Source: a virus (Duplodnaviria; Heunggongvirae; Uroviricota; Caudoviricetes). Taken from it: DNA of 14,285 nucleotides. A program made the translations under genes and the position numbers. Shown here one piece after another: positions 1 through 7,307 of the stretch. The notes beneath the pieces were generated by a model that worked only from the letters and a program-made list of their open reading frames with translations, did not search any database and had not been told where the DNA came from. Each line of letters opens with the position of its first letter. Position 1 is the first letter of the stretch. The stretch covers positions 1-14,285 of the IMG/VR virus record IMGVR_UViG_2602041568_000006; one strand, given 5' to 3'.

Positions 1-552
1 ACGGGCTGCACTTTCCGGTAAGGCATCCGCCAGGTCATTACGAACCAGCCACCAGCACAGTTCCGGCATTGTCACAACGTGACTGTCATCAAAACCGAGA
101 TCCCGACGCACAACAGACAATACCCAGCGGGCACAGTTATCCGTTGCCATTGATTCCAGCCGTTCCGTGAACTGATCGCGCAACTGGTTATCGCAGTGCC
201 AGCACAGACGGATTGCGCCCGGCGCGTGCCGCATTGTGGTCATGTTCTCGCTGTGCCAGTCGGAATGAGGCCACTGACAGCCCTTTTCACGAAGTAACCA
301 GCTTTCAAGACATTCCACGCCACCAGCACGACGGATCACTGCCTCATTGCGGAACACGCCCCGAACGGCAGGATCATCCGCCAGCGGTTGTGATACCGCC
401 GGAACGGCACCACTGGCAAAAGATGAATAACGTTCCGGCTCAGGCTCCAACAGGACACGCCCCTGCATAAACAGGGGCATCAGCTCTGAACCTGGCCTGA
501 ACAATACGATCCCCATACGCGGGGCAATTTCAGGAGTCAGTAGTGCTCTCAC
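1..552 (-). CDS. Partial conserved prophage protein, Cys/His-rich (CQWPH...CWHCDNQ motif), possibly DUF968/YdfU-like; 3' end outside window
   Basis: Hand translation of the minus strand from 480 to 1 gives an open frame of at least 160 codons (MPLFMQGRVLLEPEPERYSS...LCWHCDNQLRDQF...). It is absent from the ORF track because it runs off the window. Start is ambiguous: GTG at 552 with a GAGG SD, or ATG at 516 or 480. Family assignment is from memory only. Confidence 0.45.
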   Translation of the reverse strand, partial: MRALLTPEIAPRMGIVLFRPGSELMPLFMQGRVLLEPEPERYSSFASGAVPAVSQPLADDPAVRGVFRNEAVIRRAGGVECLESWLLREKGCQWPHSDWHSENMTTMRHAPGAIRLCWHCDNQLRDQFTERLESMATDNCARWVLSVVRRDLGFDDSHVVTMPELCWWLVRNDLADALPESAAR

Positions 553-559
553 GGTCACC

Positions 560-1369
560 TCAATGAACGGTATCGAGCAGCTTTAACAGCTCAGGGAATC
601 GGGATTCGAAGAAATGCGGCTGCGTCTCGCGCGGATTTGCGGGACTGGTGATGTTCTTGCCGAACATGCAGCCTTTCGCTGTCAGCGACCAGAATTTTTT
701 GATGTTGTTAATCGCAGTGCGGCTGTATCGTTCACGTTGTTCAACGATCCCCAGCTTCGCCATCTGGTGATATGCCTGATTAGCTGTCAGGCGGATACCA
801 TACTGCTTCAGCAGTGCACTCAATGATAGCGTGGGGCGGCTTGAGCCATCAGGCGCGTCAGCAGGAGCATCAATGGCATAGCGCGGTGCCAGATTCGGTA
901 AGCCAACAGCCTCCTGGAGTTTCTGACAGGCACCAAGCACTGAAGAGTTAGACAGGTTTAACTCCCGGCGCATAAAGTCCAGCAGGATCACGCCAGCCTG
1001 CATCTTGTCAGCAGCCTGTCCGGATAATTTTTCCGGTGCGCTGGTTACCATATCGAAAGTACGGATCACCTTCAGATGGAATGACGGGCTGATCCACATT
1101 GCATAGGCATACACCAGTTCCTTGCAGACATACGTTCCCCGTTCATTTCCCCCATGAATCACACTCACCGGGTCAACACCCAAATTCTGGGTGTTGGTCA
1201 ATTCATGAACAAGCTCAACAGTTTGTTGGCTGGAAAGAAACTTTCCCGGCTCCTTGGTTCTGGCATTTGCACCAGATGCTACTGCTGCGCGATGCAGATC
1301 GTTCAGGCTGTAACGCCCATAAGCATCACGACGAACTTCAATACCATCAATGACCATCAGATTATTCAT
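560..1369 (-). CDS. KilA-N domain protein (antirepressor/Roi-like phage DNA-binding protein)
   Basis: 269-aa ORF with ATG start at 1369 preceded by AAGAGGAGAAA. The N-terminal ~100 aa fit the KilA-N pattern (YSLNDLHRAA...GGNERGTYVCKELVYAYAMWISPSFHLKVI). Confidence 0.7.
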   Translation of the reverse strand: MNNLMVIDGIEVRRDAYGRYSLNDLHRAAVASGANARTKEPGKFLSSQQTVELVHELTNTQNLGVDPVSVIHGGNERGTYVCKELVYAYAMWISPSFHLKVIRTFDMVTSAPEKLSGQAADKMQAGVILLDFMRRELNLSNSSVLGACQKLQEAVGLPNLAPRYAIDAPADAPDGSSRPTLSLSALLKQYGIRLTANQAYHQMAKLGIVEQRERYSRTAINNIKKFWSLTAKGCMFGKNITSPANPRETQPHFFESRFPELLKLLDTVH

Positions 1370-1388
1370 ACTTCGTTTCTCCTCTTAA

Positions 1389-1778
1389 TCAGGCGGCTGC
1401 ACCCGCCGTTTTCTCGTACTTACTGATAGTGATCTCGACCTTCCCTTCCGGGATAACCGGTCCCCACTCCACCAGCATTCTTTTCACCTGACTGTCGTCT
1501 TCCCACACACCCGCGTGGGTCAGGGCGTCAAACAGTGCCTTGTTATAGTTGTCCAGATCGCGGATCCGGTTATCCGGAGGAAACAACACGATCTCCACTG
1601 AAGCAGGTGCCGACGTTGGTTTTGGCAGACGACGTAACTGCTCAACTATTGCTGCGCACGCCGCGCTCTGAAATTTTCGCCCCGCCGCGCTTATCAGGCT
1701 CTTACCAGAAAATGCCCCTTTGTTGGGGTGTCGCCAGTACGTGTTCACGCTGGGCGGAAAAGGCAAGATCAGCTTCAT
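1389..1778 (-). CDS. rusA: Holliday-junction resolvase RusA (crossover junction endodeoxyribonuclease)
   Basis: 129-aa ORF; the N-terminal LPFPPSVNTYW motif, size and acidic residues (DLDN) are typical of RusA. ATGA overlap with the upstream gene at 1775-1778. Confidence 0.8.
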   Translation of the reverse strand: MKLILPFPPSVNTYWRHPNKGAFSGKSLISAAGRKFQSAACAAIVEQLRRLPKPTSAPASVEIVLFPPDNRIRDLDNYNKALFDALTHAGVWEDDSQVKRMLVEWGPVIPEGKVEITISKYEKTAGAAA

Positions 1779-2101
1779 ACTTTCAGGCCCCTCTCATGTA
1801 ACCAGTGGGTTGCACGCAGCCTTGCGTTTTCCTCACCGGCAAGCAGTGCGCGGATAATCCCGACCGCCTCGCTGTCGTCGTCCTTCACCGCGGTATGAAG
1901 CGTTATCCCCCGGGCCACTCCACGCTTTATCGTGATGACGCCTTTTTTCTCCAGTGCGCGAAGATGCTCCACCGCTGCATTCACTGAACGGTATCCCAGC
2001 ATGGTTGCCACCTCCTGATTGGTTGGCGGAAAGCCACGCTCTTTCTGATAAGAAATCAGCATATCCAGCACCTGCTGCTGGCATTGAGTTAATGTCGTCA
2101 T
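1775..2101 (-). CDS. LexA-like winged-helix DNA-binding protein lacking the S24 peptidase domain
   Basis: 108-aa ORF. Residues 5-68 align by eye with the E. coli LexA N-terminal domain (QQQVLDMLISY...PPT..EVA..LGYRS.NAA.EHLRALEKKGVI.I..G.ARGI.L). No Ser/Lys peptidase domain follows. ATGA overlaps at both ends. Confidence 0.7.
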   Translation of the reverse strand: MTTLTQCQQQVLDMLISYQKERGFPPTNQEVATMLGYRSVNAAVEHLRALEKKGVITIKRGVARGITLHTAVKDDDSEAVGIIRALLAGEENARLRATHWLHERGLKV

Positions 2102-2751
2102 GCCGCCATCTCCCTGACCAGTTTTTCCGCCTGCTGGCGAACCTGCGCCAGAAACGCCTCACCACATGCCTCAAGTTCATCGCGCCCGATGTAGCTGATT
2201 GCCGGTCCCTTCCAGGTCTTGTCAAAAACAGCAATAGCACCAGCGAAAAAAGCTCCTGTCGGTACCTGCTTCTCGTCTTTCGGGATAAACCAGACAGGCA
2301 GTTCAAAACCAATACGCCCGCGAATAAAAGCAATATGATCTGCATCTTCCGGCCACCACACTTCGCTGGTGGCAGCTTTGATCAGGAAAACATAGCGCCC
2401 GCCCTTATCACGCATGGCACTGGCATGTTTCATGATGTAACGCATGCCGGTGATGTATTGCCCCTCATGCTGACTGGCGCGGCTGTATGGAGGATTACCA
2501 AAGGCAGCACCTTTAAGCTCCGCAAGGCGTTCTGACCAGTCATGCGCCAGCGCGTTGTCTTCCGCCGTGTAATACGCGGCACATTTGGCGTTATCACCGT
2601 CAGTGAACAGATCCAGAACAAACGGGCCAAACAGGGTGTTAATTCCCCAGAAAATGTTGTCCGGCGTGCGCCACTGATCACCCACTTCCTTCAGTTCATG
2701 GGCTGGTTTGTTCCGCAGTTCCACCAGCTCCTGGCAATATTTATTACTCAT
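2098..2751 (-). CDS. Phage DNA N6-adenine methyltransferase (Dam-type, orphan)
   Basis: NPPY catalytic motif (AAFGNPPYSRA), typical of phage N-6-adenine methyltransferases. Start placed at ATG 2751 (MSNKYCQ...), which overlaps the upstream stop as TAATG; the track's longer 2784 start would overlap the upstream gene. Confidence 0.75.
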   Translation of the reverse strand: MSNKYCQELVELRNKPAHELKEVGDQWRTPDNIFWGINTLFGPFVLDLFTDGDNAKCAAYYTAEDNALAHDWSERLAELKGAAFGNPPYSRASQHEGQYITGMRYIMKHASAMRDKGGRYVFLIKAATSEVWWPEDADHIAFIRGRIGFELPVWFIPKDEKQVPTGAFFAGAIAVFDKTWKGPAISYIGRDELEACGEAFLAQVRQQAEKLVREMAA

Positions 2752-3245
2752 TAAGCCCCCACGTAATTCCCTGACAGATACCACTCTTCACCCGATGCAG
2801 CGCGCTTGCTGCTTTTCCGTAAACACTGCTCACGACGCACCAGAAAATTGTTTCGTTCTGGCTGGGAGTGGCTTTCACGGAATGCCGCCATCCACACCGT
2901 TGCAGCACGACGGTATAGGCCCCTGGACTCCAGTTCTTCCGCCTGGCGGGTCAGGCACAAAATCACCCGGGGATCGTTAGTGCCGACATAGAAATTGCGC
3001 ACAGGTCTGGTTTCACGAACTGGTTGTGGCTCCGGCTCCTGCGCTCTCTCAGTCAGGCGTGGGAAATGTCTGCGTGTATCTCCTTCACAACGGTGAGCCA
3101 CACGCCCACTCTGACGTAACTTGCTTGCTGACTGCAGAACGCGCTGCCGTGAGTAACCTGCAAAAGCATCCGCAATGTCTCCGGAAGTACACCCCGGATG
3201 GGCTTCAATGAATTTCTGAACTTCATTCAAAAGACTCATGATCAC
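2751..3245 (-). CDS. yfdN: YfdN-like prophage protein with N-terminal winged-helix-like region
   Basis: 164-aa ORF, the same length I recall for K-12 CPS-53 YfdN, and it sits next to the methyltransferase and replication-like gene as yfdM/yfdN/yfdO do. The 3245 start is GTG; ATG at 3239 with a GGGGG SD 6 nt upstream is an alternative. Symbol is recalled, not verified. Confidence 0.5.
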   Translation of the reverse strand: MIMSLLNEVQKFIEAHPGCTSGDIADAFAGYSRQRVLQSASKLRQSGRVAHRCEGDTRRHFPRLTERAQEPEPQPVRETRPVRNFYVGTNDPRVILCLTRQAEELESRGLYRRAATVWMAAFRESHSQPERNNFLVRREQCLRKSSKRAASGEEWYLSGNYVGA

Positions 3246-4060
3246 CCCCTGAATCCTGCCGGGATCTGGCTGTAATCCACGTTGTCGTAACTGGCTTTGA
3301 AGTACGGGTCCTCGCGTCTGGCTGCAGATACCGCAGGAACTTCCCAGGATTCTTCGAAATGACGATCCGGACCAAAGAACGTGACAGCCTGTTTCACAAA
3401 TTGTGTGCCGCTGTTACCCATCGCAGATACCCAGCACGAGTAGCGTTTCACACCTTCCAGCATGGTTTCGGGGTTTACCCCCTCATTCAAACGGGCTTTC
3501 CAGGCTTTGAAGGCTGCTGATTTTGAATTGCCACCAGCACGTTTGGGGTATGCCAGCCATGCCTGCTCAAACTCCGGAGAGTATTCCGGTCGGTTTGAAC
3601 GAACTCGCACAGACTCATCAGCAGATGCACCAACAGCTATTGGTTCATTGACTGGTTCTTTGACTGGTTCAAAAGAGTGACTGGTTCTGGGTGAATCTCC
3701 TGCACTACCCCCTGGTGCAACTCCTGCACTACCTGGTGAATTTGCTGCACCAGATAGTGAATTATTTGCACTACCCCCTAGTGAATCTCCTGCACCATCA
3801 AGATGAAGAAGATAGATATTACTTGAGTTACCTTTTTCACCTTTCCGGGTGACTTTTTTTACCAGCCCGGACTCACAGAGGGCCGCAATATGATTCATCA
3901 CAGAACGTTTGCTAATCTCGCACTGGTCAGCAATATGCTGGTAGCTGGGCCAGCACTCACCCTGATCGCTGGCATTATCAGCCAGCTTGATCAGAACCAG
4001 TTTTCGCAATGGATTACCCACTCGAATTTTCATCGCTTTAACCATCAGCTCCATACTCAT
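3242..4060 (-). CDS. Phage replication initiator / replisome organiser-like protein (N-terminal HTH, repeat-rich linker, C-terminal AWLAYPKR domain)
   Basis: 272-aa ORF with GGAGG SD 6 nt upstream of ATG 4060. The N-terminus (NPLRKLVLIKLADNASDQGECWPSYQHIADQCEISKRSVMNHIAAL) is HTH-like, followed by a G/S/A/P low-complexity linker and a C-terminal EFEQAWLAYPKRAGGNSKSAAFKAWKARL motif typical of phage replication proteins. Corresponds in position to the O-like yfdO remnant. Confidence 0.6.
   Translation of the reverse strand: MSMELMVKAMKIRVGNPLRKLVLIKLADNASDQGECWPSYQHIADQCEISKRSVMNHIAALCESGLVKKVTRKGEKGNSSNIYLLHLDGAGDSLGGSANNSLSGAANSPGSAGVAPGGSAGDSPRTSHSFEPVKEPVNEPIAVGASADESVRVRSNRPEYSPEFEQAWLAYPKRAGGNSKSAAFKAWKARLNEGVNPETMLEGVKRYSCWVSAMGNSGTQFVKQAVTFFGPDRHFEESWEVPAVSAARREDPYFKASYDNVDYSQIPAGFRG
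3648..3795. repeat. Mosaic of short direct repeats inside the replication-protein gene, encoding the low-complexity linker
   Basis: GACTGGTTC occurs three times (3649, 3662, 3679); GTGAATCTCCTGCAC twice (3691, 3781); CTCCTGCACTACC twice (3697, 3721). Confidence 0.55.
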
Positions 4061-4281
4061 GCTGCACCTCCGAGATGCTTCATGTTTTTTCCGGAGCGAA
4101 AGGCTATAAGCGGCATACTGACGCGGTAATTACGGCCCAGCGGTTCACAAATCACCTTCTGACATTCACGGTCAACCAGGCTAACACGTAGAACATGCCC
4201 TGCAGGCGTGGTGTACCACTGACCCGGACGAGGACAACGGAAAGTCTGATTGGTAAAACGTTTGAAAATATTCCGGATCAT
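4057..4281 (-). CDS. Hypothetical 74-aa basic protein, translationally coupled within the replication operon
   Basis: ATGA overlaps with the upstream gene (4278-4281) and downstream gene (4057-4060). No family recognised. Confidence 0.45.
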   Translation of the reverse strand: MIRNIFKRFTNQTFRCPRPGQWYTTPAGHVLRVSLVDRECQKVICEPLGRNYRVSMPLIAFRSGKNMKHLGGAA

Positions 4282-5426
4282 TTGCGCCCCCTTACCTCTG
4301 AAGGGTTCAGCGACAAATTTATGAGGCAGGCCAGCGCCGAAGCATCATTAATATAGTCATATAAGCTAACAGCCAGCGGAGATTCGGCTTTTGCCAACAT
4401 AGGATAAAGCTGCTGCAGCCAGACCTGATGAATTGATGAAATGTAGGAACAGAGAACGCTGGCGTTATGTGCAACGTCGCTCGGTACAGCGGGCTTTGAA
4501 AGCTGTTTCTCCATCTGGTTAAAGGCATTGATGTATGCCTCTTTGAACTGGGCAGCACGTTTACCCGTGAAACCCATAGCAAGAAACGCAAAGCCGTCGC
4601 GGGTTATTTGATAGCAAGGTAGTTTGCGGCCTGATGCGTCGATGTACTCACTGAGCTGGAAATTCAGCTCAGTAAATTCGGCAGAGCATTCAAGAGACGC
4701 AATTTTTTGAATGACGTTTTTGTGTTGTTTGCCGAAATAACTAGCAACAGCCAGAGAAGAAGTAACAACTTTGTCTGCAATAATGCAAAGTTCAGGTTGA
4801 ACTAAGGCAGGGATCGTAGCCATGATGGCAGCCTCCGTATGCAATGGATAACTTCCACCACCGGAAACGCCAATTTCGCTGGTGGTGAACTGAGCAGGGT
4901 TGGCGTAACCGGCGCATACGGAAACCGGCGCACCTTTCGGTGCCCCCACCCAGCCCACCATAATTTGGGTATAGCTGAGTTGTAGCAACAAAAAAGACGC
5001 TAACGCGCCAATTGTCGCCGTATGCAATTCCAGGACGCCAATCCCGGCACCCGCTTTATAAGGTGCCTGAACAGTGTAACGTCCCGGAATGGCAGAATCA
5101 ATGTGCTGGTGGTCCTTCACACTCAACAAAATCACGCCTGAATTTCCACAAAGGACTAAAGCACTCATGCGGGTAGTCTTTGCGAAGATAGATAACGCGC
5201 TGTGTTTCTGGCTCCCAACGAATAACATGAACATAAAGTCCTCTTCCGTCACGAAACCAGCGGTTAAGTTCCTGCACAACTCGCCCCCCACAGTCAGGTA
5301 AAGTTCTCTGTGGTTACTTACAGCCAGGTGATTTGGTAATCTGCATTCATGCCGTAACAACAGGTGTGCAGCGACACTGACCACCAGCTGTTGCGACAAA
5401 CGGTTATTTGCCGTTAAACTGTTCAT
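4278..5426 (-). CDS. Rha-family phage regulatory protein; Rha domain begins at internal Met (ATG 4823, GGAGG SD) after an uncharacterised ~200-codon in-frame N-terminal extension
   Basis: Continuous 382-codon ORF. Residues 202-290 (MATIPALVQPELCIIADKVVTSSLAVASYFGKQHKNVIQKI...EFTELNFQ...RDGFAFLAMGFTGKRAAQFKEAYINAFNQME) match the Phage_pRha pattern. A strong GGAGG lies 8 nt upstream of the internal ATG at 4823. The N-terminal 200 aa are A/G/S/L/V/H-rich and poorly charged. The 5426 ATG overlaps the upstream stop as ATGA. Confidence 0.5.
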   Translation of the reverse strand: MNSLTANNRLSQQLVVSVAAHLLLRHECRLPNHLAVSNHRELYLTVGGELCRNLTAGFVTEEDFMFMLFVGSQKHSALSIFAKTTRMSALVLCGNSGVILLSVKDHQHIDSAIPGRYTVQAPYKAGAGIGVLELHTATIGALASFLLLQLSYTQIMVGWVGAPKGAPVSVCAGYANPAQFTTSEIGVSGGGSYPLHTEAAIMATIPALVQPELCIIADKVVTSSLAVASYFGKQHKNVIQKIASLECSAEFTELNFQLSEYIDASGRKLPCYQITRDGFAFLAMGFTGKRAAQFKEAYINAFNQMEKQLSKPAVPSDVAHNASVLCSYISSIHQVWLQQLYPMLAKAESPLAVSLYDYINDASALACLINLSLNPSEVRGRK

Positions 5427-6058
5427 GCGTTAGTTTCTCCACAGACACAAAACGCCACGACGCCCGGAGCTGCACACTCGCGGGCGTTACTCTTTTCCGG
5501 CGCACAAAAAACACGAAATAACAGTGTTAAATGCTCCTGCCACTTCGCCATTACTTGGTAGCTGTTCTCTTCGATTTGCTCACGCTCAGCTTGGTCAATA
5601 ACTCCATCAGCAGTTGCCTTGCGTAAGTACTGGGAATGCTTGCCAATCCATTCTATTGACTCCATCAGCCGCTGATTAATGTCACCATTGTCAATATCAT
5701 CAATGACCACCAGCGGCACAAACACCCCATTACTACGACGGGCTATTGCATCCGTTACATGCCTGGTACCACTGGCATCCTGTAAAACCATGGCCCACTC
5801 AAGTGGAAAAATTTGATCCCCACCGCTACGCAGTCTGTTATGCAATTGATCTTTTGCTGGGGTGATATCATCAGATTTATACAAACCAAGAATTTCTGCT
5901 GCTTCCTCATAGCCATGAGGTAAATCAGCAATCGTTCTTCGTATTGCTGCCACCAGCCATGCTGGTTGCTTATCAACTTTCCATTCAGGTTCTTTACCCA
6001 CGTTTAAGCCCTCATATCTGTGGTTTCTGTAAATCGATTTATCCATTAGATTTTTCAT
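5423..6058 (-). CDS. CII-like / YdaT-family early regulatory protein (position-based assignment)
   Basis: ORF immediately downstream of the Cro-like gene. The track start at 6115 is GTG; in-frame ATGs at 6058 (MKNLMDKS) and 6046 are more plausible and overlap the 3' end of cro. Function is inferred from position in the operon, not from motifs. Confidence 0.45.
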   Translation of the reverse strand: MKNLMDKSIYRNHRYEGLNVGKEPEWKVDKQPAWLVAAIRRTIADLPHGYEEAAEILGLYKSDDITPAKDQLHNRLRSGGDQIFPLEWAMVLQDASGTRHVTDAIARRSNGVFVPLVVIDDIDNGDINQRLMESIEWIGKHSQYLRKATADGVIDQAEREQIEENSYQVMAKWQEHLTLLFRVFCAPEKSNARECAAPGVVAFCVCGETNA

Positions 6059-6239
6059 AAAGCTCAGGTTTAAATGGCAACCGTCCGCAAGTTCTATATG
6101 CAGCCTCTGCTGCACGTCCTTTTGGAATTAACTGGCCAGGACGGTTTCGCCACTGATAAACGGCTTCAGTTGTTATGCCGAAAAAAGCAGCAACTTTCTC
6201 AATGCTGCCGAAGTAGCTTTCGATATCGTCAGTCGTCAT
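6039..6239 (-). CDS. Cro-like HTH repressor (YdaS/Cro family)
   Basis: 66-aa ORF divergent from the cI-like gene. Contains an HTH-like segment (IEKVAAFFGITTEAVYQWRNR) and has a GGAGG(G) SD just upstream of ATG 6239. Confidence 0.7.
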   Translation of the reverse strand: MTTDDIESYFGSIEKVAAFFGITTEAVYQWRNRPGQLIPKGRAAEAAYRTCGRLPFKPELYEKSNG

Positions 6240-6250
6240 ATGCCCTCCAA

Positions 6251-6315
6251 ACTAAGTTTTATTAGATGTTAATTATCAATCTATCTTAGGTCAATAAAAA
6301 CTAAGATTACTTAGT
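6251..6315. promoter_or_regulatory. OR-like tripartite operator between cro and cI: 16-bp sites of the ACTAAG-N4-CTTAGT family
   Basis: Sites at 6251-6266 (ACTAAGTTTTATTAGA), 6275-6290 (degenerate, ATCAATCTATCTTAGG) and 6300-6315 (ACTAAGATTACTTAGT, perfect 6-bp arms), spaced about 24-25 bp centre to centre as in lambda OR1-3. Confidence 0.45.
6266..6294 (-). promoter_or_regulatory. Candidate pR-like sigma70 promoter for cro (TTGACC-N17-TAACAT on the minus strand)
   Basis: -35 TTGACC at 6294-6289 and -10 TAACAT at 6271-6266 with a 17-bp spacer; overlapped by the operator half-sites. Confidence 0.35.
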
Positions 6316-6336
6316 AATTAAAGAAATGGTGCTCCT

Positions 6337-6963
6337 ATGGAAACGGTTGGTCAGCGTATAAAAGCTCTGAGAAGAGTTACCAGAACGTCCCAGAAAGAAT
6401 TGGGTAAATTTTGTGGAGTAAGTGACGTTGCTGTGGGGTACTGGGAGAAAGACATCAATGTCCCTGGTGGGGAAGCACTTTCAAAATTAGCGAAGTTCTT
6501 CAATACGTCAATAGATTACATTCTTTATGGTGCGGAGTTTGAAGGCAAACTCGTCACAAACATGCGCAGAGTTCCTGTAATCTCGTGGGTTCAGGCTGGG
6601 CAGTTTACTGAGTGCAGGACAGCAGAAGTGTTTAGTGAAGTAGACAAGTGGGTAGATACATCATTAAAGATTGGTGATAACTCATTTGCATTGGAGGTTA
6701 AAGGCGACTCCATGACTAACCCTAACGGCCTCCCAACAATACCAGAAGGCGCAACAGTGATTGTAGATCCTGATGCAGAACCCCGGCATGGAAAAATAGT
6801 CATCGCTAGACTTGATGGAACAAACGAAGCCACAGTAAAAAAATTAGTTATCGATGGCCCTCAAAAGTTTTTAGTGCCATTAAATCCCCGGTACCCCAAC
6901 ATCCCGATCAATGGTAATTGCCTCATCATTGGTGTAGTCAAAGGAGTTCAATACGAACTCTAG
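6337..6963 (+). CDS. CI-like prophage repressor (N-terminal XRE HTH, C-terminal S24 LexA-like autopeptidase domain)
   Basis: 208-aa ORF. N-terminal HTH (QRIKALRRVTRTSQKELGKFCGVSDVAVGYWEK) and C-terminal S24 motifs (GDSMTNP...; VKKL Lys). No obvious SD, suggesting a leaderless or poorly translated mRNA as for lambda cI. Confidence 0.85.
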   Translation: METVGQRIKALRRVTRTSQKELGKFCGVSDVAVGYWEKDINVPGGEALSKLAKFFNTSIDYILYGAEFEGKLVTNMRRVPVISWVQAGQFTECRTAEVFSEVDKWVDTSLKIGDNSFALEVKGDSMTNPNGLPTIPEGATVIVDPDAEPRHGKIVIARLDGTNEATVKKLVIDGPQKFLVPLNPRYPNIPINGNCLIIGVVKGVQYEL

Positions 6964-6991
6964 CCCCCCTTTTCTCTAACCAAAACACCGA

Positions 6992-7045
6992 ACTAAGAAA
7001 AGTTTGGTGTTTTCTCTTGCCATCAAAACTAAGTTAAGTTAGATT
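6992..7045 (+). promoter_or_regulatory. Operator-like sites downstream of cI (ACTAAGAAAAGTTTGG, ACTAAGTTAAGTTAGA) with a possible TTGCCA-N17-TAGATT promoter: candidate OL/pL
   Basis: Sites at 6992-7007 and 7028-7043 share the ACTAAG half-site with the OR sites. Possible -35 TTGCCA at 7017-7022 and -10 TAGATT at 7040-7045. Confidence 0.3.
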
Positions 7046-7117
7046 TTATATCAAAGATAACGAACAGGCAGGACGCCCACGAAGTAGCCGCCGGTGGCGG
7101 GATGATTCGTTAGCAAC

Positions 7118-7154
7118 AAAAAAGCGCCCTACAGGACGCTTTGCTCTTTAAAAA
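7118..7154. terminator. Hairpin with minus-strand U-tract (terminator for the 7308-7802 gene), abutting a boxA-like TGCTCTTTAAAAA on the plus strand
   Basis: Stem 7124-7129 / 7134-7139 with loop TACA. On the minus strand it forms 6 bp including one G-U and is followed by UUUUUU (complement of 7118-7123). On the plus strand the stem has a C-A mismatch and is followed by TTGCTCTTTAAAAA (7141-7154). Confidence 0.5.
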
Positions 7155-7307
7155 TCAGTAACCCTCACTTTGGGCCTGGACCTGGTGGCCTGGGACGAGG
7201 AGGAATATGAAAAGGCTCTATTGGTCGACTCATTATCCAATCCTATTATGTCTCATTTCTTCGGTTTCGGTGGTTTCGGCTTCGGAGGTACATGTCCGTG
7301 AACTGGA

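Noticed and set aside
213-470. 85-aa plus-strand ORF
   Set aside because: It lies entirely inside and antisense to the partial Cys/His-rich minus-strand gene; Arg/Pro-rich artefact.
4319-4591. 90-aa minus-strand ORF
   Set aside because: Alternative frame nested inside the Rha-domain coding region.
4879-4886. Chi octamer GCTGGTGG (and reverse-complement copies near 51, 321, 5380 and 11999)
   Set aside because: The frequency is within what is expected for enterobacterial DNA; not evidence of a specific feature.
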